Assembly: GCF_006345805.1 (NCBI RefSeq)
Contig: NC_043017.1
Span: 16,864,001 to 16,928,000 of the forward strand
Length of the DNA stretch: 64,000 nt
Direction: 5' to 3'
DNA from: Octopus sinensis
Lineage: Eukaryota
The position numbers and the translations under genes are program-made. Below the pieces are notes generated by a model. The model had not been told where the DNA came from and searched no databases. It worked only from the letters and a program-made list of their open reading frames with translations. Below, piece after piece: positions 61,476-64,000 of the stretch (position 1 is the first letter of the stretch; each line of letters starts with the position of its first letter).

Positions 61476-62580
61476 TACGAAGGATTGATGCTAGAGCTGT
61501 GAAATCTTGAATGCATTAATTTCAGTTTTTATTATTAATAACTCCATTGTTTCTTTCCAGGTAAATTGACATCTGACTGTTCAAAGAAGACTTCAATAGT
61601 AACAACTAGCGACTTCTCTTGAAAATGGGCAAAATTTGGCATCATGGTGTCATCGAGTACCTGCACACAAAATAAAAAAGGCTTAGCCCCAAGGACATTC
61701 ACATTGTTGCAACATTAGGGGATGATGCTCCAACTTAATCAACAGTGTTAAAGTGAGCAACTGAATCTAGGAGGGGATCTTGAAGATCACCTAAGGTTCG
61801 GACATCCTGCAATTGCCACCACTGAGAAAAACATTGATCATGTCCACCACATTCTGATGGATGGCAGGCAATTGACTATAAATCAAAGAGCCAATGCTAT
61901 CAGCATAGCCTGTGAGACAGTTGGGAGCATTCTGCACAATGAACTTGGCCTGACAAAAAGTTTCTGCTTGGCGGATCAAAAACACATCAGACTGATCCCA
62001 TCACTGGAAAATCTGACACTGTCTGTGGGGTGTCCAGCTGGTTTCCCTGAATGTTTCCTAACCCAGAATGAGTGTTGGGTTCAGTTTGAGCCAGGTACAA
62101 AGAGACAATTCATGCAGTGGAAACACCCCCACCCCACCCACCTGCTCCAAAGAAGGTTATGGTCGTTTCATCTGCGGGGAAGGTGATGGCATGTTTATTG
62201 GGATGCAAAAGACACTGTGTTTTCATTGACTCTCTTCAAAAGAGCCACACCGTCAATGGAGAGTACTACGCCAACTTACCAAGGCAGTTACAAAAGGATA
62301 TTAAGAGCAAATGCCCAGGAAAACTGGCAAAAGGGCTCCAACACATGTGCATGACTAGCTTTGAACTGATTGATCTCGCTCCCTGTTCCCCTGATTTGAC
62401 CCCATCTGATTATCATCTGTTTCCCAACATGGAAAACACTTAGCTGAGAACCAGTATCACACTGATGATAACATTATATCTGCCGTTGAAGACTTTTTTG
62501 ACCGACAGGATGAAAGCTTCTTCACCAGTGGAATCCAAGCACTGCAACACCGATGGAAGAAGTGTGTGGACCACAATGGG
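61476..62580 (+). mobile_element. Degenerate mariner, most of the transposase
   Basis: ATTEKNIDHVHHILMD.RQLTI, NECWV, KVMVVSSAGKVMA, SPDLTPSDYHLFP, GIQALQHRWKKCV; frameshifted. Confidence 0.88.
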
Positions 62581-63384
62581 TATATATGGGTGAGCATATG
62601 TGTATATACATATATATATATTAGCAATAACTACAATGATATAGAACTTCTTCATCCTCAAAATTTATTTTCTCCTATTTTACAATTTTATACAGCATAT
62701 ATACTCCAGACAATATAACCATCCAGTGAAGCGAACACAGAATTATCCGTCGGAAGAATTTACAGAGTGACTGACAACTAATAGTAGTCAAAGACATTAA
62801 ATACTGATTGATGCGGTTAGCCATAACCTGGAACATAACTGAGAGCCACCATGGTATCGACCCATATGTTATATCCCTCCAAACATATATATACACACAC
62901 AAACATACAGAGAGAGAAAGAGAGAGAGAATAGTCCCGTAAGTTTTCCTAAGTCAGAAGAAAACAGAAACTCATACATTAGGTAATAAAGTGGATATATT
63001 AAAAAAAATATTACAGATTTACTCTTAAAATGGTCAATTCATGGTACCAAACAGTTTCCTGTAAAACACCTTCCAAGAGTGAAAAGGTAAATTAACAATC
63101 ATCGAGTATGGGTGAATGAGGGAGTATAGCTTGGTCCCTTTTCGATTGGGGGTCTGAAAACACTACAACCAGTTTACAAGTCTAAGAGTTGTAAAAAAAA
63201 AAAAAAAAAAGAAAAGGCTGTGTTTTTTCAAACATGAGTTTCATCTGGGTTTTTGTACATAATCTCATCTCTGAGATATAAAATGGTTTGGAAAACCAGA
63301 TCAAGCTAGTCTTAGAACAGAAAGGAAGCTGAGATTTGAAAGCCACAATCAATCCTCTCTTTGTAAAAATAAGTATGATGGTCA

Positions 63385-63860
63385 AATGAGTAATTTGCTC
63401 AATGATGTTTTGCAAACAACTTGCACGTGCAAGTGCTGCCAGTCAAGAATTCCGCATACCAGAAGCCAACAAGTATATGCAGTCATCAGGAGAGAACGCG
63501 CGCCGTTTCAGGGCCTACCTCTCGGCGGCATCATTGCGCACTGGCTCACTGATGTGAAGCCCCGCTGGCTAGATCAGCTGGTTTATCAAATAAAACTCAA
63601 TAATCTTCTAGCCATCGCTCATCGTCTGTTTTTAACCAAATCCAGTGGCTAGCCTTTTCCACTGTGGTTTGGATATCGGTCATGGTGGTATTTATTTTAT
63701 GATGAGTTAGGCCTAAAGATAACAACAGTCATCTCACACTGTGTCCAACAAACCCTCGATTGGAAAATGCTCCGCTTTCCATCCTGCGTCTTCACATTCC
63801 TCGAGGAGGTTTACATAATGGTCAATGGTTTCGAGCCTGAGCGGCATCCATGTTACTCTT
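63385..63860 (-). mobile_element. RLE-type (HERO/NeSL-like) LINE 3' end
   Basis: NMDAAQAR..YVNLLEECEDAGWKAEHFPIE / FVGHSV..LGLT..TVEKASHWIWLK..ERW; C-terminal restriction-like endonuclease region plus a GC-richer 3'UTR. Confidence 0.75.
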
Positions 63861-63934
63861 TGCTCGAGCTTTTCTCATGAAATCATTCACCTCTTTCTCC
63901 CTGATGTCCCTAATTTGAAATTCGATGTATGTGT

Positions 63935-64000
63935 ATATAGGCACAGGCATAGATGTATGGTAAGAGCCTTACTTTCTAACCACATGGTTTTGGGTTCAGT
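63935..64000 (+). mobile_element. SINE family A head, cut by the window end
   Basis: aggcacagg..tggtaag..aaccacatggttttgggttcagt. Confidence 0.75.

Noticed and set aside
63480-63525. GAAAC...CTGATGA on the minus strand in the HERO-like 3'UTR as a possible hammerhead
   Set aside because: Stem III (AACG/CGTT) and a GAGAG/CTCTC pairing exist, but the core elements are in an order that cannot form a valid type I, II or III fold

Overview
AT-rich, microsatellite-rich eukaryotic DNA dominated by transposable elements. The mix of tRNA-derived SINEs, RTE and CR1-like LINE remnants, mariners and (TA)n/(CA)n tracts looks like octopus (coleoid cephalopod) genomic DNA; this is an inference from repeat style, not a database result. 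No intact long ORF, real tRNA/rRNA gene or CRISPR array was found, and most ORF-track entries are repeat or microsatellite artefacts. Repeat families are given my own letters. A: bipartite tRNA-SINE, about 20 copies. B: tRNA-SINE with two alternative tails. C: RTE LINE 3'UTR fragments carrying an internal VNTR. D: tRNA-SINE with two alternative tails. E/F: non-autonomous Helitrons. G: Penelope-like fragments. H: old element with an (AAC) tail. I/J: TTAA-flanked piggyBac-type MITEs. L: old CORE-like SINE. Also present are three mariner remnants, several RTE and CR1-like LINE fragments and a HERO/NeSL-like RLE LINE 3' end. Several short minus-strand segments with canonical splice sites and partly compatible phases may be exons of an unidentified host gene whose introns span the window (low to moderate confidence). 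Most interesting observations: a minimal hammerhead-ribozyme-like fold in the Penelope-like fragments, a shared SINE-A/CR1-LINE 3' tail, modular tail swapping in SINEs, a SINE dimer inside a single TSD and a Helitron with an unusually long terminal palindrome. Coordinates were counted by hand; ends of degenerate elements are approximate (about +/-10-30 bp).
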